Notes: a model not told the origin generated them from the letters alone. 64,000 bases of DNA from an uncultured Verrucomicrobiota bacterium (GCA_946610035.1 CAMOCC010000001.1:35948-99947), one strand, 5' to 3'; shown: positions 52,855 through 62,880, counted from the stretch's first letter. Made by a program: numbers and translations.

Positions 52855-54720
52855 ATGGACATTATAAACAGACTTGGATGTTTGGCGATCACGGCCTTCG
52901 CAGTTGCTGCGCAGGCGAAAGTGTCGGCTGACGTGCCGCGATGTGGACTTCTGCATCCCGCCCCGGAAGCGCTGGAAGCGCGGGAGACGGCCTTGGATTT
53001 GTCGGGCCGCTCCCGTCTGGCTCCGGCTGTTGCAAAGGAGACGCGTCTCGATGTAATAGACCTTCTGCTGGGCTACGACCTTTCTGCGCAGCAGTGGCTC
53101 AAGGAGAACGGCAAGGGTTCTGTCGAGGAACATGCGAAGGCGCGAGTGGAGGCCCTGAACAATTGCCTCAATGAGTCCAAGATCACGGACTTTACATTCC
53201 GCCTTGCAGGTGTTGTTCGCATAGAAGACGATGCGACGAAATACAAGATCGAGTCCGCCGGTATTGTTGACTACGTGACAATCCTCTCCGGGAAACTCGT
53301 CGCGGCGGACGGAACGGTGGTCGCGACCGGCCCATGGGCGGCGGTTCCCAAGATGCGCGACAGCGTCGGTGCCGATATTGTGTGCGTTCAGATCTCTTCC
53401 GGACGGCTCGGGATGGTGGGACTTGCCTACGGTCTCGAAAACAGTTCTGTGCGCAATTACGCCGCCAACCCGTCGCTTATCGCGAAAGCGGGAGATTGGG
53501 GGTATTGCGTGTGCAGCATAGACATGGAGGACTACGACTACACGCAGCTCCATGAAATAGGGCACGTCATGGGATGCGGACACGCCGATCCCGACATTGC
53601 CGACGTGGGAGGCTTGCCTATAGGCCCGCAACTATTCGACTATTCCGCCGCATACTACCTCTGGTATGCAGAGGACGCGGCATATTACACGATAATGGGT
53701 TACAACTACGGCGGGAAGCGTCCTGACGGGTCGCTCGTCGCGACGGACTTCTTCAAACCGGCTCCGATATTCTCGTCCCCCGAATTGACTTACGGGGGGA
53801 AAGTGGCCGGGGACGCCTTGCACGATAATCGAAGGACGCTGATGACCGTCTATCCCTACGTTGCGCAGTTCAGGGTTTCAAGACAGGATGACGACACCGA
53901 GCCGGAGGAAGAACCCGATCCCGGGACGCGCATCTTCAAGTCGGAGTACCGGCCTGCAAAGGCGGTGAACGGCGCATCGCCGTATGTCGGCGCCGTTACG
54001 CTTGACGACGAGGTTGTGGCCGTTGTTTCGCTCAAGTGCGGAAAGGCGGGTACGTCAGGCAAAAAACTCGGAATCGGCAAGCTCTCTGCTTCTGTGACGG
54101 GGTTTGACGGCAAGACGAAGTCGTCGAAGGCGGTAGATGTGAAGTGCGGCTACGATGCGGCCGCGGCTCTTGAAGTCAAGGGCTGGGGCACGTTGAAGCT
54201 TACTCTCGGAGGCGAGGGCTTCATCGGTACGCTAAGGGCGCCCGACGGCAAAGTTTATGAAGTCAAGACCGCGAATGTCGGCGGAGAATGGCCTTCAAAG
54301 GCGACTTATGCGACGGTTGAGTTCAACGACCTGTCGATGATCCCCGGCGAGCCGCTTGCGGAGCTGCTTCCGACCGGGGAGAATGGAGCTGCCATTGCCG
54401 TCGTGAACGGAAAATGGAAGTTCGCCAAGGCGGCGACAGTCAAATACGCCAAGGCCAAAGGCGAATCCGTGAAGTCCCTGATTGTCGATACAGGCAGGCA
54501 GGGCGAGAAGTCAAATCTCTCGGCGATGAAACTTAGCTATAAGCCTAAAAACGGCTTGATCAAGGGGTCTTTCAAGCTTTACTCCCTTCAAGGCTCTGGC
54601 GACAAGGCGAAGTTGAAGAAATTCACCGTCAAGGCATCCGGTCTGACTGTAGGGCAGATAGGACATGGCGAGGCGGTCCTGAAGAGTCCGTATGCTCAAT
54701 GGCCGATGACAGTGCAGTAG
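52855..54720 (+). CDS. Secreted metzincin-type zinc metalloprotease carrying the shared Lys-rich C-terminal module (paralog of 32960-34564)
   Basis: YTQLHEIGHVMGCGHAD (HExxHxxGxxH). C-terminal MKLSYKPKNGLIKGSFKLY...KLKKFTVKASG. Confidence 0.65.
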   Translation: MDIINRLGCLAITAFAVAAQAKVSADVPRCGLLHPAPEALEARETALDLSGRSRLAPAVAKETRLDVIDLLLGYDLSAQQWLKENGKGSVEEHAKARVEALNNCLNESKITDFTFRLAGVVRIEDDATKYKIESAGIVDYVTILSGKLVAADGTVVATGPWAAVPKMRDSVGADIVCVQISSGRLGMVGLAYGLENSSVRNYAANPSLIAKAGDWGYCVCSIDMEDYDYTQLHEIGHVMGCGHADPDIADVGGLPIGPQLFDYSAAYYLWYAEDAAYYTIMGYNYGGKRPDGSLVATDFFKPAPIFSSPELTYGGKVAGDALHDNRRTLMTVYPYVAQFRVSRQDDDTEPEEEPDPGTRIFKSEYRPAKAVNGASPYVGAVTLDDEVVAVVSLKCGKAGTSGKKLGIGKLSASVTGFDGKTKSSKAVDVKCGYDAAAALEVKGWGTLKLTLGGEGFIGTLRAPDGKVYEVKTANVGGEWPSKATYATVEFNDLSMIPGEPLAELLPTGENGAAIAVVNGKWKFAKAATVKYAKAKGESVKSLIVDTGRQGEKSNLSAMKLSYKPKNGLIKGSFKLYSLQGSGDKAKLKKFTVKASGLTVGQIGHGEAVLKSPYAQWPMTVQ

Positions 54721-54776
54721 CGTGTCGCGTTTGTGCCCGAAGGGGTAGGGGACGATGGGCGGGAAAATGGTAAGAT

Positions 54777-56819
54777 ATGGGCATGAAGATTGCAAAAGCA
54801 TTTTCGTTTGCCCTATCAACCATGGTCGCGGGGTTCTCCGTCGCCGTCGATGTGACCTTCGACGGGATGGAGAATCGCTTTGTCGCTGAACGCGCCGGTG
54901 AAATCCTGAAGGCTAGGCTCGCCGACGTCGATGCAACCGTGCGCCTCAGGGTCGGACCCGTCGCCGGGATGAAGCACGACGGCTACGAAGTCGTGCGCGA
55001 GGGGTCCGCCTACACCGTCACCGCCTCGCGCCCCCGCGCACTGCTGTACGCGGCGGGCGAGCCGGAGGTGTGGATCGGACGCGACAGGACGCTCCGCGAC
55101 CCGGCGTTCAGGGTTCGTATGGCCAACTGGACAAAGTCCCGCCATCCCACGGCGGAGTGGATCGCCGCGACCGGGGCGAACGTCATCCATGCAGGGCGCG
55201 GCGGGACTGTGACGCTGGAGAAGTCAATGCCTGAGGTGTTCGCCGCGCTGAAGGAGGACGAGCGCAATGCGCTTGTGCAAAGGCGCGAGCGGAACATGCG
55301 GACGGCGGGCGACATGGTCGCGATGAACAAGGCGCTGGACGTGCCGACGTATCCGCTTCTCTACGGGTGCGATGCGATGAAGTGGAACATGGCGCTGACG
55401 ACGGCGTTCCTTGCTGTGCACCCCGAGGCGAAGGGCGTCGATCCCGGACGGAGCTGGGAGAAGGGCGTGCTGTGCCCGAGCGCCAAGGCGACATGGGACT
55501 ACATCCGCGCCTACGTCGCCGAGTTCGCGTCCTCCACCCCGTGCGAGGGCATTGTCGCGACGTTCTGGGACGACTACGGGATTAACTGCCATTGCAGGCA
55601 GTGCCGCAAGGGCGGGATGGACAGGTTCCCCGGACAGATTGCGAAGCTCGTGAAGACGTATGAAGAGGCGTTGAAGCCCCTGGGCAAGAAACTGATCGTC
55701 CGCACATGGGCGAGCGGCGCACCGCACTTCCTCGGCGAGGAGTGGGTCAACGCGCCCGGGTACGCAGGGCGGGAGGATGCCGTTGCGACGTGGGGGAGGG
55801 CGATTGCGGGGTCCGATCCCGGCACCGTGATCCAGACGAAGGTCTACAACAGCGACTGCCAGCCCGACCCGCCGTTCTCGAACCTCCTCGGCGAAGCGAG
55901 GCGAGCGGGGCGGACGGAGCTTGCGGAGTGGCAGATCACCGGACAGACCGTCGGCCTCCAGTGGCTGCCGGCGAGCGTGTGCGGACACACTGCGTGGACG
56001 ATGAAGCGCGCCTTCGAGCTCGTCGGCCCGGAAGGCGGGGTGTGCATCTACACCGGCGGCTACAAGAACGGCGGATACGAGGCGCTGGACGACGTATGCA
56101 ACAGCATAAACCTCAAGATGTGGCGTCAGCTCTCGTGGAATCCGGAGGATGACGCGGATGCGGTGTGGGAGGCGTGGGCGAGGCCGATATACGGCAAGGC
56201 GGCGTCCGCCGCGATCGCCGCTATGAAGGCGACGGAGCGCGCGGCAGTCGCATCCTTCTCGCCGCTCGGGTTCGGTGCGCCGACGGAGAGCGGATTCGCC
56301 GGGTCCGTTGCGAGGCGCGAGGACCTCCTGAGGTACACGAACCGCCACTATCTGCCGGAATACCGCGACTTGCTGCTGCCGACGAAGGAGAACACGGAGA
56401 AGGTCGTCGCCGAGAAGGACGCCGCCATAGCGTCCGTCGACGCCGCCGTCGCCGGACTCGAGGGCGCGCATGGCGAGGCGGTGTCCGAGCTGCGCACGCG
56501 CCTCGGTTGGCTCAGGACGCACCTTGTCGTCTCCAGGGCGCTGGACGAGGCGCTCTGGCGCAGCAGACGCATACGGTACCTGAGCGACATCCAGCGGGCC
56601 GACGTGGATGAGCTCGCGGCGGTGGAGAGGTGCCGCGACGTGGTGAAGAGCGAGGGCGGGAGGCTTTTCGAGCACTCGTCCGATACGAAGATGAGCTTCT
56701 ATCCCGAGCCCCTCGGCGAGCGTGCGATATCGCTCGGCAGCCCCGGGCGGTTGATGTCCGACATACTGGAGCTTTGCCGCGCGAAGACCGAGAAGGTCGT
56801 CGGCCCCAGACGCGACTGA
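54777..56819 (+). CDS. Hypothetical secreted 680-aa protein (possibly glycoside-hydrolase-like; family not recognised)
   Basis: Signal-peptide-like N-terminus. TGgTAAGAT sits 6 nt upstream of the ATG. Confidence 0.35.
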   Translation: MGMKIAKAFSFALSTMVAGFSVAVDVTFDGMENRFVAERAGEILKARLADVDATVRLRVGPVAGMKHDGYEVVREGSAYTVTASRPRALLYAAGEPEVWIGRDRTLRDPAFRVRMANWTKSRHPTAEWIAATGANVIHAGRGGTVTLEKSMPEVFAALKEDERNALVQRRERNMRTAGDMVAMNKALDVPTYPLLYGCDAMKWNMALTTAFLAVHPEAKGVDPGRSWEKGVLCPSAKATWDYIRAYVAEFASSTPCEGIVATFWDDYGINCHCRQCRKGGMDRFPGQIAKLVKTYEEALKPLGKKLIVRTWASGAPHFLGEEWVNAPGYAGREDAVATWGRAIAGSDPGTVIQTKVYNSDCQPDPPFSNLLGEARRAGRTELAEWQITGQTVGLQWLPASVCGHTAWTMKRAFELVGPEGGVCIYTGGYKNGGYEALDDVCNSINLKMWRQLSWNPEDDADAVWEAWARPIYGKAASAAIAAMKATERAAVASFSPLGFGAPTESGFAGSVARREDLLRYTNRHYLPEYRDLLLPTKENTEKVVAEKDAAIASVDAAVAGLEGAHGEAVSELRTRLGWLRTHLVVSRALDEALWRSRRIRYLSDIQRADVDELAAVERCRDVVKSEGGRLFEHSSDTKMSFYPEPLGERAISLGSPGRLMSDILELCRAKTEKVVGPRRD

Positions 56820-56873
56820 TTCTGAAAAACTTCTCATAGCCAGACGGGGAGGCGTTTTGGTATACTATACCCA

Positions 56874-57389
56874 ATGCGCATCCTATTCATCAGCGACATA
56901 CACGGCGTTCCATCGACGCTTGAAGCCGCCCTCGCGGCGGGCGAGAGCCTTGGATGGGACAAGCTCGTCCTTCTCGGGGACCTCCTGTACCACGGCCCCA
57001 GGAACGGCGTACCCAACTTCTACGACCCCGAGCGGGTCGTGAAGATCCTCAACGGATTCAAGGACCGCATCGTGGCCGTCCGCGGCAATTGCGACGCGGA
57101 GGTGGACCAGATGCTGCTCAGCTTCCCTCTCATGGGCGACTACGCGATACTCGAGGCCGGGAAGGACACGTTCTTCCTGACCCACGGGCATCTCTGGAAC
57201 GAGTACCGCCTGCCGCCGCTCGGCATGGGCACCATCCTCGCCCACGGTCACACGCACGTCCCGGAGCTGAAGAAGCTTCCGTGCGGGCTCACCATCTTCA
57301 ACCCCGGATCGATTTCGCTCCCGAAGGGCGGGTCGTCCCGGTCGTTCGGCTACTACGACGGCGAAAACCTGAGGCACTACACGATATGA
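56874..57389 (+). CDS. YfcE/MJ0936-type metallophosphoesterase
   Basis: ILFISDIHG, GDLLYHG, GNCD, THGH, GHTH motifs. TGgTATACT sits 10 nt upstream. Confidence 0.75.
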   Translation: MRILFISDIHGVPSTLEAALAAGESLGWDKLVLLGDLLYHGPRNGVPNFYDPERVVKILNGFKDRIVAVRGNCDAEVDQMLLSFPLMGDYAILEAGKDTFFLTHGHLWNEYRLPPLGMGTILAHGHTHVPELKKLPCGLTIFNPGSISLPKGGSSRSFGYYDGENLRHYTI

Positions 57390-57703
57390 AGACGCCCGTG
57401 GACAAGACGCTGACGTTCTCATTCATCTCGCACAAGATGAAGGACGTCTCGCTCGGCTGGCTCGCAAGGGTCACGTTCCCGGGCGGGTCGGACGAAGGGT
57501 CCGTCCTGCCCATCGAGGTCGTCGACGGACACGGCGACCGCGTCGGGAAGGCCGTCCTTGAGATATTCGGGAAGTCTCTTCCGGTCATGGACGGGATATC
57601 CCGCATCAAGTACGCCGATTTCGTCAAGGGAAAGCACGAGAAGGGCGTCTGGCTGCACCGCGCGGGAGTGGAACCCGTGCCGGGCGGGCTCACATTCATG
57701 TGA
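57386..57703 (+). CDS. Hypothetical 105-aa protein
   Basis: ATGA-coupled to the upstream gene. Coding-like composition. Confidence 0.35.
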   Translation: MKTPVDKTLTFSFISHKMKDVSLGWLARVTFPGGSDEGSVLPIEVVDGHGDRVGKAVLEIFGKSLPVMDGISRIKYADFVKGKHEKGVWLHRAGVEPVPGGLTFM

Positions 57704-57715
57704 AAGGGCGGCGTT

Positions 57716-58303
57716 ATGGACGACAGGACATGGTATGAACTCGTGAAGGCCGGGGAGGACGCCGGCTGGAAGCTCGTATGGGAGCGGGTCGTGGAGCCCG
57801 AGTCGCGATCCATGAGGTCCGCCGAGCTGATGAACCGCTACTCCCTGACGGCGGGGGACTTGATGGGGATGCTCTTCGACGACATGATAGGCCGCAGGAA
57901 GATAGACCTCTACCGGGGCGAAGGCAGCTTCCAGGGGTGGCTTAGGACCTACGTGCGCGGGTATGTGCTGAATGCGGACCCCAACAAGCACGGCGAAATC
58001 TCCATAGAGGGCGCACATGCGGACGCCGAGGACGTTCCCACCGGCCTGGAGCTGCCGTCCGACGACAAGAAGGTGATGATGAACGAGGTGTGGCAGATGA
58101 CCCACCTCTGCTTCAAGGACCTGTGGAACCAGGACCCGGAAAGGGCGTATGTGATGCTCCTGAAGACGCGCTTCCACTTCTCAAGCGAGGAGGTGCGGGA
58201 CTTCCTCGACGTGTCGTCCGCCGCGAATGTGGACCAGATATTCTCCCGCGCGGTGAAGTTCATGCGCCAGGACTGGGTGGTGCGTGACAAAAAAGGCATG
58301 TAG
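57716..58303 (+). CDS. ECF-type sigma-70 family factor (candidate)
   Basis: Region-2-like LTAGDLMGMLFDDMIGRRKIDLYRGEGSFQGWLRTYVRGYVLN and region-4-like HFSSEEVRDFLDVSSAANVDQIFSRAVKFMRQ. Confidence 0.45.
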   Translation: MDDRTWYELVKAGEDAGWKLVWERVVEPESRSMRSAELMNRYSLTAGDLMGMLFDDMIGRRKIDLYRGEGSFQGWLRTYVRGYVLNADPNKHGEISIEGAHADAEDVPTGLELPSDDKKVMMNEVWQMTHLCFKDLWNQDPERAYVMLLKTRFHFSSEEVRDFLDVSSAANVDQIFSRAVKFMRQDWVVRDKKGM

Positions 58304-58392
58304 CAACAACAAAAAAAACTTGTCAGAAATCGGCATTGAATTGACCTAACCTTGTGTAACCGCAAAAAGCGGAGAAAGAAAGAGGTGAAGAA

Positions 58393-58875
58393 ATGAACAG
58401 GAAAATGACAGCTTTGGTCGCAATTGCGGCCGTTATGTGCGCGAGCGTCGGTCTCGCACGCCCCCATGGCGGACCCGGTCCGCGCGGCTTCGGCGGTCCG
58501 CGCGTGGTGCACGGCGGTGGACACCACCACCACCACTACAGCACCTGGGGCCGCGGCGGGCGCAACTTCTGGCCCGGCTTCGTGGGCGGCGTCGTTGGCG
58601 GGATGCTGACGGACGTCGTGGTCGGACCGAGGACGACCTATGTCTCGACCCCGACCGTCGTCGCGACGCCCACCGTGGTCGCGGCGCCCGCACCGGTCGT
58701 CGTCCAGCAGCCGGTCGTGGTGCAGCAGCCCGCGCCGGTCGTCGTCCAGCAGCCGGTCGTCGTCAACCAGAACGTCTGGGTCGAGGGGCGCTACGTGGAC
58801 CAGGTGCAGGCGAACGGAACTGTGATCCGCGTCTGGCAGCCGGGACACTACGAACAGCGCCAGATCGTCCAGTAA
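58393..58875 (+). CDS. Secreted low-complexity protein with His run (HHHHH) and (PVVVQQ)n repeats
   Basis: Signal peptide. GGHHHHHYSTWGRGG. 4x PxVVVQQ encoded by near-identical 18-nt DNA repeats. Confidence 0.5.
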   Translation: MNRKMTALVAIAAVMCASVGLARPHGGPGPRGFGGPRVVHGGGHHHHHYSTWGRGGRNFWPGFVGGVVGGMLTDVVVGPRTTYVSTPTVVATPTVVAAPAPVVVQQPVVVQQPAPVVVQQPVVVNQNVWVEGRYVDQVQANGTVIRVWQPGHYEQRQIVQ

Positions 58876-58879
58876 GCGG

Positions 58880-59377
58880 ATGGTCGTACTCGGCGTAGAC
58901 ACGTCGCTGCGCTCGACTGGCTACGGGGTCCTCGAAACAAACGGGAACCGCCACAGGGCGCTCGACTACGGGAACATTCCGAACGGACCCAAGGCGTCCG
59001 TCTCGGAATGTCTTTCCGCCATTCATGCGAAGATAGCCGGACTCATCGAAGCGTGGCGTCCGGACGTCCTGAGCGTCGAGAAGGTGATCTACGGGAAGAA
59101 CGCCAACACGATGATGGTCCTGGGCGAGGCCAGGGGGGCGGTCATCGTCGCCGGGGCCGAGGCGAAGCTCCCGATATACGAGTACGAGCCGAGGCGGGTC
59201 AAGATGTCCGTCTGCGGCAACGGCATGGCGGAGAAGGGGCAGGTCCAGCGAATGGTGAAGACGCTCCTTGCGCTTCCGGAGGTTCCGCAGAACGATGCGG
59301 CGGACGCCCTGGCGCTTGCGATATGCCATGCCCATTCTAAGACGCTGCTGTCCGTCGGCGGAGGATCGCTGGTATGA
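58880..59377 (+). CDS. ruvC: Holliday junction resolvase RuvC
   Basis: VLGVDTSLRSTGYGV, EKVIYGKN, NDAADALALAICHA. Confidence 0.85.
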   Translation: MVVLGVDTSLRSTGYGVLETNGNRHRALDYGNIPNGPKASVSECLSAIHAKIAGLIEAWRPDVLSVEKVIYGKNANTMMVLGEARGAVIVAGAEAKLPIYEYEPRRVKMSVCGNGMAEKGQVQRMVKTLLALPEVPQNDAADALALAICHAHSKTLLSVGGGSLV

Positions 59378-60030
59378 GCGCGGCGAGGCGTCAGACCCAG
59401 GGCGAGGAGATCGCCAACACGGTGACGCACGTGGTCGGGTCCCACCTCGGCGCCGCCATGCTGGCGCTTGTCGTGTGGACGGGCGCTGCGAGCGGGACGG
59501 ACGTCGCATGGAAGGTGACGAGCGGGGCGATATTCGGCGCTTCCATGATACTCCTCTACGCCGTGTCGTCCGCCTACCACGCTGTGACGAACGAGCGCGC
59601 CAAGGCGGTGCTGCACATCATGGACCACATGGCGATATACTTCCTCATTGCCGGGAGCTACACGCCGTTCTGCCTAGTTGTGCTGAGGCCCGATCATCCG
59701 ATCCTCGCCTGGACGATCTTCGGCGTGGAGTGGGGGGCTGCGCTGGCGGGGATTTTCTTCAAGCTGCGGACGACCGGGCGCTTCCGCTACATTTCGACGA
59801 GCGCATACGTCCTCATGGGCTGGGCGGCGCTTGCGGCGATAGTGCCGCTCGTCCGCTCGCTGCACGGTCTGGGCACGATGTGGCTCGCGACCGGCGGCGG
59901 ACTCTACACCCTGGGCTGTGCCTTCTACCTGTGGAAGTCGCTTCCCTACTCCCACATGATATGGCATCTCTTCGTCCTTGCGGGCACGATCTGCCACTTC
60001 TTCTGCATCCTCTGGTACGTGATGTCCTGA
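59374..60030 (+). CDS. Hemolysin-III/PAQR family membrane protein
   Basis: 7-TM pattern. NTVTH...SSAYHA...HMIWH conserved His positions. Confidence 0.75.
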   Translation: MSAARRQTQGEEIANTVTHVVGSHLGAAMLALVVWTGAASGTDVAWKVTSGAIFGASMILLYAVSSAYHAVTNERAKAVLHIMDHMAIYFLIAGSYTPFCLVVLRPDHPILAWTIFGVEWGAALAGIFFKLRTTGRFRYISTSAYVLMGWAALAAIVPLVRSLHGLGTMWLATGGGLYTLGCAFYLWKSLPYSHMIWHLFVLAGTICHFFCILWYVMS

Positions 60031-60172
60031 TCCCGGCCGACGTGAAGACGATGTGGTGCCGTTTCTCGCGTAGGGCGGACGAGATACGCTTCGGAATCTA
60101 CGCCTGCTCGCCCGATGATTTGTCGTTCACAGCCGTCTTCGTCCGGGGGCTTTTTCCCGCTGTGGCGTTCCG

Positions 60173-60790
60173 CTAGAACTTCAGGAGGTACTTGCGCATT
60201 GCTATGGCGACTGCCTCCGTGCGGTTCGCGGCGCCGATCTTCTGGCGGATGGCCCCGACATGCTCGCTTACGCTTTCAGGACTGAGCCCTAGCTGCTGCG
60301 CGATGTCGCGGTCGGTGAGGCCCCTTACCATCGACTCGAGGATCTCGCTCTGGCGCGGTGTCAGGTCCGGCACCGGCGGATCCGCCGCGAGCTGCTGTCG
60401 TATGTCGGGCGATATGTAGTCGCCGCCCTGCGCGACTATCCTTATCGCCTTGGCGAGCTCCGAGTTGTCCGCATTCTTCAATACCGCCCCCCTGGCACCG
60501 GCCCTCAGGGCGTGCGCTATGCCGTCCGAGGTGCCGTAGGTCGTAAGCAGTATGGTCTTGGCGGACGGCGCCTTGCGGAGGAGCTCCTTCGTGGCCTCGA
60601 CGCCGTCCATCTTCGGCATCATCAGATCCATTATGACAATGTCCGGATGAAGCTCGACCGCCTTGGATACGGCCTCCGCCCCGTTTTTCGCCTCGCCGAC
60701 GACTTCGATGTCCTTCTCGGTTCCGAGAAGGGCCGTGAGTCCGGCGCGCACTATGGTGTGATCATCTGCTATCAGGACCTTGATCTTCAT
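60173..60790 (-). CDS. NarL/LuxR-family response regulator
   Basis: MKIKVLIADDHTIVRAGL (REC). LTPRQSEILESMVRGLTDRDIAQQLGLSPESV (LuxR HTH). Confidence 0.85.
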   Translation of the reverse strand: MKIKVLIADDHTIVRAGLTALLGTEKDIEVVGEAKNGAEAVSKAVELHPDIVIMDLMMPKMDGVEATKELLRKAPSAKTILLTTYGTSDGIAHALRAGARGAVLKNADNSELAKAIRIVAQGGDYISPDIRQQLAADPPVPDLTPRQSEILESMVRGLTDRDIAQQLGLSPESVSEHVGAIRQKIGAANRTEAVAIAMRKYLLKF

Positions 60791-62853
60791 TTGCTGTCCT
60801 TGTTGATTGGTGGAATGGAAATCGTCGCCTTCGTGCCTTCGCCGGGCGCGCTTTCGATCGTGAACTCTCCCTCGAGCGATTCGATGCGCTCGCGTATGCC
60901 GAGGAGTCCGTAGTGGCCCTGTGCGAACGACGGGGCTGTCGCTGGATCGAAGCCGGAGCCGTTGTCGCGCACGGAGAACTTCGCCCTGCCGTCGTCTATC
61001 GCTCCCGCGATCCACACCTTCGTCGCGCCGCCGTGGCGCACGCCGTTGAGGACCAGCTCCCTGACTATGCGAAGGACTGCGTGCGCCGTGTTGTCAGTAA
61101 GACGCGACCTTGGCACATTGACGCGCAGCACCACCTCCACTCCCCTCAGGTGCGGCAGCAGCGTCTGGCGGATGGCGTCGTTCATGCTGCTTGCCTCAAG
61201 CGCCCTGTTGCGTAGGTCCCACAGGCAGTTCCTCAGTTCGTCGCGGCACGACTTCAGCGTCCTTGCGGCGATTCCCAGGTGCTTGCGCATGCCGGGGCCG
61301 TTTTCGTCCGCCAGCTTCTTCGCGGTGTCGATCTCAAGGGAAATGCCGGAAAGCGTCTGTGCGAGGGAGTCGTGCAGTTCGACGGCGAGGCGGGTGCGCT
61401 CCTCCGTCTTCAGTTTCGCGGCGACATGGCCGATCTGCTCCCGCATAAGTTCCCGCCCCTTGCGTGCGGCGAGCCTCCTGAGAGAGGTGTTCCAGGCGGT
61501 TACGGCGACGAGCATCGCGAGAAGGGCGCCGATGACGGTGGCGAGCTTCGCCGGAGTCCACCATGACGGACGCCTTACGACGGTGATGTCGGACGGCGTC
61601 CTCAAAATGATCGTGAAGCCCCTGAGCCTCGGTATCGCCGATGTACGCTCCGGCGCGTCCACGTCAAGTGCGCACGTCCCCGAAACATCGACCACGGTTT
61701 CCTCCTCCAGGCCGTCCAGCACACCCGGCAGTGCGCTCGCGTCCACGTAGACGGGGCAGCCGTCGCAATCCAGCAGCATGCGTCCCTCGGGGTCGTCCTC
61801 GGGCATGGACCGGATCGTCCCGCTCACGCGGATCGCTCGCCCGTAGTATTCGCAGTTGACCTTCCGCCGGCCTTGTGCGTCCTGCGTGAGCTTGCGCGGG
61901 GAAACCGACACGGGGTCCTCGTCCCTGTACGCCGGGCCGTCCAGCTTCGTCCATTGAGCATTGAAGAGCGTACGCCTGAACAGGTCCGTCTCCTCCAGTC
62001 CGGATGCCTCGACGCACTCCCCGTAGGACGGCAGGTGCGGGTCCGCCAGGTTCACGGATACGAACTCGCCCCTGTCCGTCTTGAGGATCACGCGCCCCGC
62101 GCGTTTGCTCACGGCGACGACATGTCCCTGGATGTGCGTCCTTGCGTCGGGTGCGTCTTCGAGCGGACGGATGCACTCGACGTCTGAGACCTTGAATATG
62201 CGTCCGGTGTATAGGCGCGGGCTGTGGTCGAATGGGACCACTACGCCTGTGACTTCGACGGGCCTCCCGATGAGAGCGTCCATCCTGTCGAACGCCCCCG
62301 CGTCGAATACAGGGGCCGTGGTGAAGATGCCTCGTCCGTTTGGAGCCTCAATCATGAACAGCATGTAGTCGGGGTCTGTTTCGTTGAAGATGACGTCTTT
62401 CAGCACGCCCCTGAAGCGCACCAGCTTGTAGTCGCAGGAGCCGCTTAGCATCGCGTCGTGCGTGAGCTCCTGCGGAGCCGGCGCCTTGCCGCGCGAGGCG
62501 AGCTCGTACGAGTCGAGGACGGCGAAGTTGCGCCCGTAGACGTTCCCCCTGACCTCCCCGGTGAAGCGCGCCGTGTCGCCGGGCATCGGCAGGACTGCTG
62601 GCCGCACCTCGTCGGACGTGCACACGAGGACGGCTCCCGAGGCGTCCTCCGCCGCGATGTTGATGCGCCTGTCGAAGTTGTTGGTGCAGACGTATGTGAC
62701 GACGGCGGAGAAGTCGAACTTCAACCCTTCGCCGCCCTGCGCAGTCAGCGCCCGCGCTAGAGAGGCGGCGTCGTGCGCGGGTTCCCCGGCGTCCGCGAGG
62801 GACGCCAGCGCGGCGACGACGGCCGAAAGGGCAAGTATTCCGTGAAGTTTCAT
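60787..62853 (-). CDS. Sensor histidine kinase (HisKA_3/NarX-type) with large periplasmic N-terminal domain
   Basis: ELHDSLAQTLSG (H-box). HATPase_c G-boxes DNGSGF / GLLGIRERIESLEG. TGtGGTATAAT sits 9 nt upstream of the ATG at 62853. Confidence 0.8.
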   Translation of the reverse strand: MKLHGILALSAVVAALASLADAGEPAHDAASLARALTAQGGEGLKFDFSAVVTYVCTNNFDRRINIAAEDASGAVLVCTSDEVRPAVLPMPGDTARFTGEVRGNVYGRNFAVLDSYELASRGKAPAPQELTHDAMLSGSCDYKLVRFRGVLKDVIFNETDPDYMLFMIEAPNGRGIFTTAPVFDAGAFDRMDALIGRPVEVTGVVVPFDHSPRLYTGRIFKVSDVECIRPLEDAPDARTHIQGHVVAVSKRAGRVILKTDRGEFVSVNLADPHLPSYGECVEASGLEETDLFRRTLFNAQWTKLDGPAYRDEDPVSVSPRKLTQDAQGRRKVNCEYYGRAIRVSGTIRSMPEDDPEGRMLLDCDGCPVYVDASALPGVLDGLEEETVVDVSGTCALDVDAPERTSAIPRLRGFTIILRTPSDITVVRRPSWWTPAKLATVIGALLAMLVAVTAWNTSLRRLAARKGRELMREQIGHVAAKLKTEERTRLAVELHDSLAQTLSGISLEIDTAKKLADENGPGMRKHLGIAARTLKSCRDELRNCLWDLRNRALEASSMNDAIRQTLLPHLRGVEVVLRVNVPRSRLTDNTAHAVLRIVRELVLNGVRHGGATKVWIAGAIDDGRAKFSVRDNGSGFDPATAPSFAQGHYGLLGIRERIESLEGEFTIESAPGEGTKATISIPPINKDSK

Positions 62854-62855
62854 TA

Positions 62856-62880
62856 CAAGAAGATTATACCACAGCGCGCG
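62856..62880 (-). promoter_or_regulatory. Extended -10 promoter (TGtGGTATAAT) for the histidine-kinase operon, leaderless-type spacing
   Basis: Minus strand: gctgTGgTATAATcttcttgtaATG. Confidence 0.45.
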
